A stretch of 64,000 nt of DNA. Source: Negaprion brevirostris. Lineage: Eukaryota. Below the pieces are notes generated by a model. It ran no database searches. It worked only from the letters and a program-made list of their open reading frames with translations, and was not told where the DNA came from. Positions 38,648 through 51,830 of this stretch are shown in pieces. Made by a program: the position numbers and the translations under genes. The stretch is taken from positions 51,614,912 to 51,678,911 of the forward strand of contig JARDVH010000106.1 in the NCBI GenBank assembly GCA_030324005.1. The letters run 5' to 3'. Numbering within the stretch: the stretch's first letter is position 1; each line of letters starts with the position of its first letter.

Positions 38648-41600
38648 TAGTGTACTTGAACCTTTGGGATGAGGGAAGAGGTTCCAGGATGCTGCGGAAA
38701 CTTAGCTAAGAGTAAAGTGAAGGCACTAAGGTTTGTACAGGCAAAGAAGACTTTTAATCCTCTACCCATTTGGAGAAATTAATTCCCTCTTAATGCAACA
38801 GCAGCTTCAGGTTAGCGTAAGTCAGGTCAACATTCCCTTCATGAATAAGAGTGGCTCGTATTTACAAGGATATCTCTTAATACTACCAGGCAAACTAGGT
38901 CCTACTGAGGTAGATAGAAAACGGCATGGATTTTTTGACCTGAATGCACATCTGCCTGGCTTCATGCTTATTTGTAGGCTCTGTTTTGGGTGGACCAAGT
39001 AATCATTGGTTCTATGTTCTTTCCATGTTTTACAACAAAGTGTGCATGACAACCTCATAGGCAATGGTACAACAAGCAAGACTGAAATGAAATCTAGCTT
39101 CCAACTGTTTTACCTGACTAATGACTGCAGCTGTGAACCCAACATTAGCCTAATGATCCCCATGCTGGGCTGAACTTTGTTTTTATTTATGATTGACTGA
39201 GCCTATTAATGGCTTAATGATCTAATTACTCTGCCTTTTATTTCGCAGCTCAGTCTGGGTACATTGGGGCTCCCAAAGGATGCAATTTATGTGTTAACAT
39301 AATCCAGTCTGATTAAGCATCACTTACTGCATGCTGGAGGAGGCCATTCCCTACACAGGGAATGGCTGGATTTTTAGACAGAATCCATTTTATTGTTTCA
39401 AGATAATTTGTGAATTGCGCTCTATGGGGGGAATTGTTTTAAAATGCTGTCCCACTCTTGATAGAGGCAAATCTTTCTACTCTGTTATAATGTCACTTAC
39501 TGTACAGTGACACACTCTTGGCATAGGCACAAATCCTACTCCCGTGATATTCTCACTCCTGTACGTTCAGCTTGCCAGAGTGCAAGCAGTGCACTCAATC
39601 ATTAAATTTCTCCTCATAATAAGTATTGTCTAATATGGTAGTAGTTGCTTCTCCTGCTTGTTCTTTCCCAAGCTGGATCATATGTACATACTGCACATTA
39701 TCTTTTTAGCATTAGGACTGGCTTATTGCAACATATTTCCATTTTCTACTTGAGCCACTATAGCTAATTTAGTGGCAGTTTGAGTCATTTTACACAATGG
39801 ATCATTCCCACAGGAAACCAAGAGGAAGACTTCAAGCATGGGGAGAAGTGGGCTGTCGTGGTTACTTCATCAAAACAGCAGATTCCTTTGAGGCCATTGG
39901 ACTTTCCAGTTCCTCACTCACTGAGGTCAATCCTCAAAGTCTAACGTTCTTCATCTTGCGGGCGAAATGGCCAACAGCCCGAGCAATTAGGCCCTATGTA
40001 AAATTGGACTCTTTAAATTACTGTAGAGCTAAATTGTTTCTACAAGCAAGGTCTGATGGAATGTGGACAAGGTTACCACAGGTCAAAACCAAGAGGGATC
40101 AGCCCAGACCTGTCTTGCATATTAAGTAGAGAAGCTGGACCTTAACAATGGAAGAGTTATTCTGACCCATTTCCATCAAGAGATACTCAGCCAGAAGAAT
40201 AGAGACCAACATTGTGTTTGTGAATTTCCCAGTTTCTGGTGGATTTCCTGCTATTAACTATATCTTGGAAGGAGATACGTACACCTGGAGTTACCTGACC
40301 TAACCTCATTGGGTGCTGTGACCCCTGCCCTGTGACTACATTGTCTGAATGCCATGGAGCATTCCAGAAAGTCTTGAAGAGGGAATAAAGATGGGCAACT
40401 TAAGACAAACCCCAACAGAGAATCCACTGGCCTACTGTGACCCATGACAATGGAAGACAGTGTGCGAGATCCACCTTCGTATGAAGAAAACCCTGTATTC
40501 ATTTGTTGATTCCACCTCGGTGAATTGAACCCAACAGCCCAGTCAACTGCACCAGAAAGGATAGTACATGTGTTTTTCAGACAGTCAGCCTAGTTTGGGA
40601 AAACATTAACTGAGTTTGTTGTGTAAGAGTTATTTCTCTAACCTGTGAGTTTTTTAATAAAATTAAGTTTGAACCAAAGTCCTTAGTCTGTCTCAAAGTA
40701 AGAGCACCTAGGTAAATGCGTTTTGAATGATAAACTGGTCTAAGTATTTCACAGGGAAACAATGTCATCCATGTGATGTAAAATGAGTCACGTGACCAGC
40801 AGTGATCTGGTAAATTAGTCTGAATGGAGATAGCTCATAGTTTCAACTGACAAAACCTACTGTCTTATATACGTGTATATAGTTATGTTCTGCTGTAAAT
40901 AGTTACTGATCAGACTCTACATGTATAAACTTCTTCCTTAGACAACCGTGAAAACATACAACGTGATCCAGTGGAGAATGCTGTGCTGAGGCATATTTTT
41001 GAAACAGTGCATGTAACTCTTTAATATCTGTGGATACTGGATCCATAAAATATTCACTTTCTTTAGCACTAACAGCAGTCAGTCAAGTGGTCAGAACAAC
41101 AAGTTGCTATTGGCTCAATTCTTCATCCGCTACAATTCCATCCAATTCCTCACACTGTTTAAACATGAAACTCACTGGATAAACTTTATGCACATATTCT
41201 GGTAAATACCTTTTGGAATTTTTGGAGCCTAGTTTTTATGGTACTGCACTAGCAATCCAAAAGTCAAGAATTCAATTCCCACCTTGAAAAATTGTGAAAC
41301 TGATATTTTAAAAAAAAGTAATCATGGACTCATACCAGACCGAATTGCCTGAAAAAAATAATAACCATGTTGGGAAATTTCCACTAACACTCAGGCTGGC
41401 TTATGTGTGAAGCCAGTCACACATTACATGGTAACACTGGTAACATGCTAATTCTCTGTGAAGGGATCTAACTGATCACCAAAATATACAAACAAATACA
41501 TTGTAGAAAGCATACAAAAGCCCTTTCAAGTCTTCAAGCAATGGACAACAAATGTTGCATAATTTTTGGAATATATTAGAAAATTGCTCCATTTGCTTCC

Positions 41601-41831
41601 CTGATATCTTCATCAAAATTCACAATATAAATACGCAGAATGTTTGAAAACCTCAAGGTGCAGAACAAGTTCATTTGTTTTTTGGAAAAATGTATAAAAT
41701 TATAGCTTTGTTATATTTTTAAAGTTCCTGCAGCAACGATATTGCAGTCTCCAGGACACAGAACATGCACTTGCATTCACATCCTCACTAACAGAACAAA
41801 CTCGGACAACCTAAAACATGATATTGCTGAC

Positions 41832-41987
41832 CTGAGCTCCAAGGTCATTGTATTGCAGTTTCAGGGCCGTAAGTCTCTCATCCAGTTCTTTGGGATTCTC
41901 AGTTTGCTGTTTCTGCACAATCTGACGTCCAGTTTTAATCACCGTTTCCACATCAGACTTCACCTCACTCAGGCTCTTATATAACTT
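41832..41987 (-). CDS. DMD: Dystrophin exon equivalent to DMD exon 33 (156 bp): [52 protein letters not shown]
   Basis: Manual translation; acceptor ttttag|AAG, donor CAG|gtcagc. Near-identical to recalled human [37 protein letters not shown]. Confidence 0.97.
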
Positions 41988-43205
41988 CTAAAAGTTGAAA
42001 AAAATGGACAATACTCAGTGGAATATTCTATTGCATACATTCTTGTAAATTCCAGCAGAAGCACTCAGTGGAGACTGAAAAAGCAAACATTTTCATTTTG
42101 GGACAGTCTGGACCTTGAGAGATTCATATAGGTTTTGTGTGCAAGTATTAGCAGTTATTTAGCACTAAGTTTTGAACGTCTGTTTAAAAAGTGAGGGTAA
42201 AATTTTACATAAGCACTTTGATTATTAAATGTTCAAATCATACAAACTGTTCTTCACTTAGTTCTGTTGGAGGGCTGAGTTCTTGCAATAGTGACATAGA
42301 AGTATGATAGCCTGGAAATAGAAAGTTCACTCTGGAGTGGGACCTCTGTCTGATTCCCTCCACCAAAAACTCTACAATCATCAGCCAACTCATTGCACAT
42401 CAATGTCATCTCTGATATAAATTATTTTAGTATTTATTCCAATGCATTTNNNNNNNNNNNNNNNNNNNNNNNNNNNNNNNNNNNNNNNNNNNNNNNNNNN
42501 NNNNNNNNNNNNNNNNNNNNNNNNNNNNNNNNNNNNNNNNNNNNNNNNNNNNNNNNNNNNNNNNNNNNNNNNNNNNNNNNNNNNNNNNNNNNNNNNNNNN
42601 NNNNNNNNNNNNNNNNNNNNNNNNNNNNNNNNNNNNNNNNNNNNNNNNNNNNNNNNNNNNNNNNNNNNNNNNNNNAGAATTTTTTTTATTTTTCCCATTG
42701 TTAGGTTCAGATACAAGGGACCCCCACTAAAAGTTAGGAGTAGGAAATAAAGTCATTCAGGAATATTTTATGGAAAAGATAAACATCCTGTAAATCAGTT
42801 ACTCAAGAAGGCCACTAAGACAAATGCCTTAAAAGATTGTGTACAATTCTAGAAAGAGAAAGGATTTAATATGCTAAGTGAGATTCTGAGAAATCAAAGT
42901 GGGACAAGTTTGACAATGGTCTTTCACTATTTTCCATTAACAATTAAATTAGCTGTTAGTCAAAACATGTTGCTTGTGGCAATCATTTGTCAAGCAATTA
43001 TTCAGGCTCTTTGACTCAAAACAAAATCACAAATTTCAACATTTGTCACTAATTGTTTAACCAACTGAAAACTCATTAACATAATATTAACTGTGAGCAA
43101 ATTGACTATTTATTGATCAGTAGTTTCAAATCTATTGGCAAATGAAATGTTATTGACAGTCAATAGACTCCAAAGTATAGGACAAAATAAAGCTGTCACA
43201 CTCAC

Positions 43206-43379
43206 CATACAATGGTCAAGTTGGGACTGAACAATCTCAGGCTCAACACTGTTCATCTCCAATATGTGCAAGTCTGCTTTGACCTCATCTAGGAGTCTTT
43301 TACACTCCAACAGATGCTGCTCAAAATTTGCTGGTTTCTGGAACAAGCGGAACTTGGTGGAAACCTCCTGCAGCTTCTT
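43206..43379 (-). CDS. DMD: Dystrophin exon equivalent to DMD exon 32 (174 bp): [58 protein letters not shown]
   Basis: Overlaps ORF 43110..43346; contains the [12 protein letters not shown] signature; acceptor cacag|AAG, donor ATG|gtgagt; same length as human exon 32. Confidence 0.97.
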
Positions 43380-43883
43380 CTGTGAAGCAAAGCAAGGACG
43401 GGTTCAGAGGAAGTGAATGCACACAAATGAAAATAAGCATTAGGTGTGGAAGCTTCCTGCTGAGGCCGCATAGGTAGAAATAGTTCCACTCTGTCTGCCA
43501 GTTCCTTGACTGTATAAAAATGGCAAAGGTTGTTATTTCTGTCTGAACATATGTGCATTTTTAACACTCACATCACAGATTTTTTTTTAAGCAAGGTAAC
43601 AGAACAGTAAACAAGTTTGCATATCACTTACAAATATATATAACTGCACAGATTCAGACAGAAAGGAAACAGAAAGAGACTGTGAGACTCAGAGAGAGAG
43701 AAAGAGAAAGGGAAGCAGGCATATAAGTGGGATGGATGCATTACCATATGAGGAGAGACAGAGTTAGCCTTATATACTCAAAATATTAGAACAATGAGTG
43801 GTGATCTCACTAAAACATATACAATTTTTGAGACCTGGTGGGTTATACTGGGAGGATGTTAACACTGGCTGGGGATTATAGAC

Positions 43884-44502
43884 ATGATGTGGAGATGTCG
43901 GTGTTGGACTGGGGTAAACACAGTAAGAAGTCTCATAACACCAGGTTAAAGTCCAACAAGTTTATTTGGTAGCAAATGCCACTAGCTTTCAAAGTGCTGC
44001 TCCCTCATCAGGTGAACGGGAGATCTGTTCACCAACAGGGTATATAAAGACACAAACTCAATTTACAGAATAATGTTTGGAATGCGAGTCTTTACAGCTA
44101 ATCAAGTCTTAAAGGTACAGACAATGTGAGCAGCGAGNNNNNNNNNNNNNNNNNNNNNNNNNNNNNNNNNNNNNNNNNNNNNNNNNNNNNNNNNNNNNNN
44201 NNNNNNNNNNNNNNNNNNNNNNNNNNNNNNNNNNNNNACAATGTGAGCAGCGAGAGCATTAGGCACAGGTTAAAGAGATGCGTATTGTCTCCAGGCAGGA
44301 CAGTTAGTGAGATTTTGCAAGTCCAGGCAAGTCGTGGTAGTTGCAGAAAGTGTGACATGAACCCAAGATCCCGGTTGAGGCCATCCTCATGTGTGCAGAA
44401 CTTGGCTATCAGTCTATGCTCAGCGACTCTGTGTTGTCGTGTGTCGTGAAGGCTGCCTTGGAGAACGCTTACCCAAAGATCAGAGCCAAATGCCCGTGAC
44501 CA
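43884..44502 (-). mobile_element. Penelope-like element (family A): GIY-YIG C-terminus plus pLTR, inserted in a CR1 fragment (43710-44760)
   Basis: Minus-strand SDLWVSVLQGSLHDTRQHRVAEHRLIAKFCTHEDGLNRDLGFMSHF (E..LI..F.T...GLN motif), followed by a terminal repeat carrying a hammerhead core. Confidence 0.85.
43979..44015 (-). ncRNA. Minimal type I hammerhead ribozyme motif, PLE-associated, with weakened stem II
   Basis: Minus strand reads UCAC-CUGAUGA-GGGAGCAGCACUUU-GAAA-GC-UA-GUGG. Confidence 0.65.
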
Positions 44503-44879
44503 TTTCAGGGAATTAGCAACTTGAGGTTAAGTGGTGAAGAAATGTCTTCACTCAAAGCATGAGTCTTTGTAATGCTCTACCAAAGACAGCCAGTCATTGA
44601 GTCAGTCATTGAATGGAAATACTCAGTCATTGAGTATTCAAGACAGAGGTGAATTGGGTTTTGAGTGCTAAAGGAATTAGAGGATACAGAGGTAGAGTGA
44701 GAGGGTGGAGTTGAAAAAGAAGGCCAGCCATGATCTTACTGAATTGCAGAGGAGTTTGAAGGTCTCAGGAAACTCAACAGCTGAGGCTTGGCAAATACAG
44801 GATCTGGGCCCACTGCTTGTGGGTCAGGAGACAGAGTCAGGAGCCCAGAATGTTGCCTGGTTTGGAGCATTTCAGCTAT

Positions 44880-45490
44880 GGAGAGAAGCTGGTTAGGCTG
44901 GAATTGTGTTCTTTGAGCAGAGAAGGCTGACAGGGGACCTCATAGTGGTGTACAAACTTATGAGATATATAGATAGGGAAGATAGGAAGAAAGCTTTCCC
45001 CTTTGATAGAGGGGTCAGTGACCAAGGATGTAAATTTAAAGTCAGGATCAAGAGATTTAGAAGGGATCTGAATAAAAGCTTTGTCACCCATAGGATATTG
45101 GGAATCTGGAACTCTGCTTGGCATGGGGAAAGGGGGCGGGAGGGGCAGAAAACATAGAAACACAGGAGCAAGCCATTTGGTCCTTCAAGCCTGTTCCGCC
45201 GTTCATTTTGATCATGGCTGATCATCAAATATCGTGATCCTGCCTTCCCTCCTTCATCCCTTTAGCCCCAAGAGTTAAATCTATTTTTTTCTTGAAATCA
45301 CACAATATTTAGGCTTCAATAAGTGAACTTCTGGGAATTTCATCAACCTTAAGAAGCATTTACACAAGAACTTGAAATGCCATAGCATTAAGTGCTGGAA
45401 AATGGGATTAGAACAGATTGGTGTTTGATAGCTGGCATAGATATGATGGGTCAGATGGTCTTTTTTTATGTGCTGTAAAACTCTATGACT
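44880..45490. mobile_element. CR1 3' fragment (+) interrupted by an inverted CR1 tail (45150-45320)
   Basis: QRRLTGDLIVVYKLM; the inverted tail resembles 52570-52800. Confidence 0.8.
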
Positions 45491-45869
45491 CTGAGCAACA
45501 CTGTTTCCTTCCGCCATACTTACTCCACCCCTCATTCCACATGCTTCCACACCATAAGAACCCTTGAGACTGGACTTAACCTGTCTGAGGCCTGCTTTGG
45601 AGTGTTCCTTATCAAACTGGAAGGCAAGACTGACATTTAGATTGACTACCAAAGGAGAAATCTGTCAAAAGGTGCATAATGAGGAGTTTTGTGGGAAAAG
45701 CTGGACTTCCAGATTTTCCATATGAAACACCAACTACCCTTCTTACGTAACCTGTCCCATTCAAAAAGTATTATTGTCTCTCAGGAGATAATGGAACGTG
45801 CCAAGGTGCATGTCATTGCTGCATTCAATATTGTGTGTTGTGGCTATAGAGGCTGATTCCAGAATCTAG

Positions 45870-47930
45870 CAAAGGGCGACTAAAAAGATAATGAAGAGAG
45901 AGCACACAAGCTGAGGGCAAATGAGTGAAGAACATAAAAACTGACAATAAGAGCTTCTTTAAATCTATGAAAAGAAAGAGGGAGGTTAAAGTGGACATTG
46001 GCCCTTTAGAAAATGAATCTGGGGAGATAGTTGTGAGGAACTAGGAAATGGCAAAGGAGTTAAATGGATATTGTGCATCAGGATTTACAGTGGGAGATAC
46101 TTCAAACATTGTATTAGACGTGAAGAAAACGGGAGGAAATAAATACCATCACCATCACTAAAGAAGTAGTAGTATTAGACAAAGATCAAGTAGTATCAAT
46201 CTAAAGATGTGAGGATTAGGCTGATTGACCGTGTTAAATTACCCCTTAGTGTCAAGGGGACTTGGAGGGTAAATATGTGGGATTAAGGTGATAGGGCCTG
46301 AGTGGGATTGTGGTTGGTGCAGACTCAGTGGGCCAAATGGCCTCCTTCTGCATTGTGGGGATTCTATGATTCTAAGATTCTAAACTAATGCAGCTAATAG
46401 CAGATAGGTCCCCTCGCCCTGATGGCTTGCATTCAAGAATCCTAAAAGAACGAGCTACAGAGATAGTGGATGTATTGGTTGTAATTTTTCAAAAGTCTTT
46501 GGATTCTGGAAAAGTACAAGAGAATTGGAAAACTGCCAATGTGACACCCCTGTTCAAAAAAGGAGACAAAAAGCAAGTAACTGTAGGCCAATTAGCCTAA
46601 CATCTGTTGTTGGAAAAACATGGGAATCGATTATTAAGGAAGTAATAGTAGCACATTTTGGAAAATCATAATCTAATCAAGCAAAGTCAATAAGGCTTCA
46701 TGAAAAGGAAATTGTCTCTGACTAATTTATTAGAGTTCTTTGAGGAAGTCTCAGCCAGAGTGGATCAAGGGGAAGCAATAGACGTTGTGTACTTGAACTT
46801 CCAGAAGGCATTCAACAAGGTGCCTTATGAAAGGATAAGAGTTAAGAGCCCATGGTGTTGGAGGTAGAATATTGGGATGGATAGAGAATTGCTAATGGAT
46901 GGGAAACAGTGAGTGGGGATAAAGGGTTCCTTTTCAGGTTGACAACTAGTAACCAATGGGTCCCACAGGGAATAGTGCTGGGACTGCAACTGTTAAATAT
47001 ATATTAATCACTTGAAGGAAGGAAGTAATACATTGTAGCCAAATGTGATGACAAAATAAATGGAAGGGTAAGTTGTGAGAGGGATATAAACAGTTTGCAA
47101 AGAGATATTAATAGGTTAAATGGCAAAACGTTGGCAAATGGAATATAATGTGGGAAAATGTCAAGTTGTTCATTTTGAAAGGGAGAACAAAAGAAATGAG
47201 TGTTATTCAAATGGAGAAAAACTGCAGAAAGCTGCAACACAAAAGGAATTGAGGTTACTTGCACACAAAATGCAGAAAGCTAGCACACGGGTGCAGCAGG
47301 TAATCTAACAGAATGTTAGCCCTTATTTCAAGGGGTTTGGAATACAAGAGTAGGGAGGTCTTGCTGCAAGGTACTGGTGACACCACACCTGGAGTACCGT
47401 GAGCAGTTTTGCTCCCCTTATTTGAGCAAAGATATTATTTCATTAAAGACAGTTCAGAGAAGGTTCATTAGGATAATCCCCAGTACGGAAGGATTGTCTT
47501 ACGAGCAATGATTAAACAAGTTGGGATTCCATTCTTTGAAATTTAGAAGAACAAGAGGTGATCTCATTGAAACAAATAGCATTCTTCAGGAGGTTGACAG
47601 GGTAAATGCTGAGCAGATGTTTCCTCTCATGGGAACATCTTGGATGTNNNNNNNNNNNNNNNNNNNNNNNNNNNNNNNNNNNNNNNNNNNNNNNNNNNNN
47701 NNNNNNNNNNNNNNNNNNNNNNNNNNNNNNNNNNNNNNNNNNNNNNNNNNNNNNNNNNNNNNNNNNNNNNNNNNNNNNNNNNNNNNNNNNNNNNNNNNNN
47801 NNNNNNNNNNNNNNNNNNNNNNNNNNNNNNNNNNNNNNNNNNNNNNNNNNNNNNNNNNNNNNNNNNNNNNNNNNNNNNNNNNNNNNNNNTGCAACAGGTT
47901 TGATGGGCCTTTCTTATAGTCTTATGGATT
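45870..47930 (+). mobile_element. CR1 LINE, about 2 kb decayed, with a nested V-SINE 3' half at 46200-46385
   Basis: SPRPDGLHSRILKE...WKTANVTPLFKKG, WQMEYNVGKCQVVHF and RGDLIE. Confidence 0.93.
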
Positions 47931-50527
47931 TGAGTGTGGCTGGTGCCAGTGGCATGATCTCGGATGTCACACTGAGTCCGTGGTAACGGCATAGTTCCAA
48001 CAACCTCTGACCAGTTTTGTTCATCTTGCCTGTTTCCTGGTGCCGTACACTCATTGGCCAAGCTATGTAGTCGGCACCCACCTCACCCTGAAGTCAACAA
48101 GACAGGTCCATCCTTTGATGCTCAGAATGCCAGATTTTCCACACAAAACTCCAATACCCTTCCAATATAACCTGCCCCATTAGATATCCAAACATGATAA
48201 ATGTAATATACCAATAAATATTACGACAGGCCAATGTTTGTCAGATGCAAACCAGTTATTTTTGTAGATCTGTGTTTGATTGTGAAGTAGCGCTGTTAGG
48301 AAGCCTTTAATGTAGAGGTAATCCAAAAATAGTTGGCTGAATTTGCTGTAGTTCTTCCATTTCTATTCCATACAATATATGCTATCAACACTTTTTGTGT
48401 TTGCCAAAATCTAATGAAGTGTCAAAGACAAAAGAACTGGGTGATATCCAGCATTACAGAACAATTTTAACATAAAGCTATTCTTTTTCCATCATAGGAG
48501 TGGAGCAATAAAATGAGGACTCTGTCATGACTTGCATTCACTGATATTTAATGACAAGTCATTCGTCATGGACACATCAACAATACAGGGAAATATTAAG
48601 CAACTAAGTTAAAGGCTGATTAAAAATAAAACAGTTAATATATTTCAATCAAATTTTGATTCATCTTTTAAAATATTTCTGCTTCTTTGCATTAAACTGT
48701 AGCAAGAGACTGAGCAAATCCAAAGAAAGTAGTTATTTATTTTATGTAAATTAGAAACACACTGATAGATCTCCTCGGGGAAAGGTAACAATATTATAGA
48801 AGGTTCAGAAGCAACCAAGAATATTGGTCAGCTCAATTCATTAAAAAACCTCGTCTGTTATCTGGCAATGGGGAGACAAGCAAAGCAATCAAGAAGCATG
48901 CTCTTACCACAAATTAAACAGAATTGAGTTCTGTAACTGATTTTAAGTCGTATTTTTGCTGGACTCCCTGTGGCATATTCATTTCTAAGATTTGTATAAT
49001 ATCAAAGTGGATGTCAAAGTTTGAAAAAATGCCTACATATTATTAAACTTGTTACTTTTAATCAGAAAATGAATACTCACTTTCGCACAAACATTCGCTC
49101 AGCGGTTGGTACCACTATTTAACTTAGTGACATCATGGTGAAGAGAATTCTGGATTTTTTTTTATCTAACATCTGATTACTGTGCTGACAATCAGCAGTT
49201 GAAAAGTGAATGAGGCAGTTGACGTAAGCTACTGTCAGTGCAGTTACATTGTATGGAAATAAAGCTTTAAAATTGCCTCCAACCATTCAGAGTACAAATA
49301 TGCTGAACAAAATACACATAGCGTCACAGACTATGCAACAGAGCCACAGAAATAAAACAGCATGCAATTAGAATAAGTTATGATCTGATATGATGGTATA
49401 ATGTGATCATTTAGATCCTAAAACTAAACCATTAATATTCACACACAAATGCTTAATGTATTTACATATGATCCTGTATCTACCGCTTTAAAAGGTCTTA
49501 ACCTTTTTTAAAAAATAAACAAGTAAATGCATCAGTTAAAACATAAAAGGTTATCAAACATTAATATTCACAGCATGAACTCAAAGTACTTAACTTTCTC
49601 ATTGCAACAAATGAACACAAATAAAATGTGATAATTTTCTTGTATTGGTAGCAGATCCAATTGGTCTAGGTGCAAGAAAAAGAATATATACAGTTGTTTA
49701 TTTATGACATGTAATTATTTGATCTCAGTTATTTGTGCACCTCAAGTGCAGTCCAGCAACACAGCTGTTAATTTTGACAGTTTTTAAAAATTCTCATTCA
49801 AGAAGCAGCTTTGCGGTGTTTTCAGAGGCACTACTTTGACTTTACATTCTAATTAAAAATCCCTATCAGATGCCTGCATTTGGAACATCCAAATAGTTGG
49901 CAGCTCGACAAAACCTCTCCTCTTCTATTATATTTTATCATTGCTCAGAATGACAGTTATGATACTACTATTGCTAAAATATAACCAATCAATTTTAAAC
50001 ATAATATACTTTCTAAGAGTTACATAAACTCTTATACTCATTTAGAAGTCATTTGAATTTCAGCATGTACAATGAAAATGTGCCCACTCCGTGGAAAGCT
50101 CTCTGCTTAAAGTACCAACTGAACTCTTCAGTGGCCAATTTTTAAAAAATTAGCATACCAAATTACCCACTCATTACATTCCAAATGACTGACATTGGAA
50201 GGCTACTGATGAATACAAAAATCGAGCTCTGCATCTTTCCATTTCATGTCTGCCACTGAGATGTCCTGGACATTACTCATCTGTACACCATGAAACCACG
50301 AGAGAACTGAACTAGAGAAACAGGTCTCTCACTTAGATCAGGCTATGAATGATTTTCGATTTGAAGTGACAGGATGATGATGATCATAGAAAGCTCAAGA
50401 CCTCACATTTTCCCATCATGTAATCATAGTGCGTGTCTAGGAAAGCTAAGTATTTTGGTTAAACAGGAACTTGGAGTGCCTATTTCTCCCCACTCCAATT
50501 TTTTATTTTAGGTTTAATACATGGTAT

Positions 50528-51830
50528 AAATAACAATTTGTGTTCAGATGATGCCTTTAATATACTAAAACTATCACAAGGCTCTTGACAAGAATGTTTT
50601 CAACAAAATTTGACACTGAGCCTGCAACCAGGTACTACGATTTAGATACTAGGATTAAAACTTGAACAAAGAGATTGGGTGGGATTTTCCAAAAAAATCC
50701 AAAGTGTCAAATTCGCATAAAAACTGCAGTAAGTCCTTCTGGTTTTTTTTCAACAGCACTTTTAGAATGAATCCCCCACACTCTGTGCATCACAAAATGC
50801 TCTAGCGTGAATCAAGCTAAAAATCAGTTGGCGGACATTTTCCCGCTGGAGAGGCCGACAGCATAGTACTGAGAGGGCCACTGCGCATGCGCCAATCTTT
50901 CAGTGCTGAGATCGGCACACGCGCAGTAGCCCCGTACTGCCGGCCCCCTGATCACTGACCAGCCCCGTGACCCTGCAATGCTGTCCCTTGGATCCACCCA
51001 CCCACCCTGACTTCTGGCCTCCCAGACATATTCAAGCCAGCCGGAGTCCCCCCAAACCCACACAGCCCCTGCTCTGCTAGCAGACCGACTTCCCCACCAC
51101 CAGTCCAAAAGTGCAGAATGGCAGTGAGAGCCACCACCCCTGTTAATCTCCCCTCAGAGGCCCTGCCCCCTATGGCCCCCCACCCCTTTGACACTGCCTG
51201 ATGCCTGGTGGGCAGTGCCAAGGTGTCCCCAGGGCATTGCCATTTTGTCAGTGCTATGGGGCTAGCGGGCCCAGAGACTTCAGTCCCAGGCCCACAAATG
51301 AGATTAAAGTGGTTATTTGAATAATTTATACGGCTCCGCATTGATTCCAAAACTTCTGTGACCAGAGATGCGTGGAGACCATGGCACTCAGTGGGAAGCC
51401 CACTATATGGCCTCCGTTTATGTCTCCCAGCCTGCTGCGCTGCTAGGGGAAAATCGCCCCATCATTTTTAAGATGCATCTTAAAGGGGGAGAGAGGTGGA
51501 GAAATTTAGGAAAGGAATTCCTGAGCTTAATTCCTCAGCTGTCAATGAGAAAAGTGCAAATTGTGGATTTGTGAGAGGCTAGAATCGAAGGACCACAGAG
51601 AGATTTAGGGCTGGGGACGGTTAAAGAGATCAGAAGCAGTGAGGCTATTGAAGGAAATGAATGAAAGGACAAGAATTTTAAGATTGCGGTAACATTGGAC
51701 CATGAATCAATGTAGGTTAGTGAGTACAAGTGTGTTTGGTAAATGGACTGCAGAATGGGCGACCCTCAATCTTATGGAGGCTGGAAGATGGCCAGTATGC
51801 CAAGAGAGCACAGGAATAATCAGGTCTAGT
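50528..51830 (-). mobile_element. L2-type LINE 3' end split by the MITE at 50676-51461
   Basis: L2-like terminus (caaaatttgacactgagcc) resumes after the MITE. Confidence 0.65.
50676..51461. mobile_element. GC-rich MITE-like element, same family as 15423-16243
   Basis: Ends tgggtgggattttcc / ggaaaatcgcccca; shared core gctggagaggcc...cagcatag...gggccactgc. Confidence 0.8.

Noticed and set aside
39900-40965. Additional LTR-like segments (also about 31940-32575)
   Set aside because: Composition is suggestive, but no convincing paired termini with a TSD could be fixed by eye.
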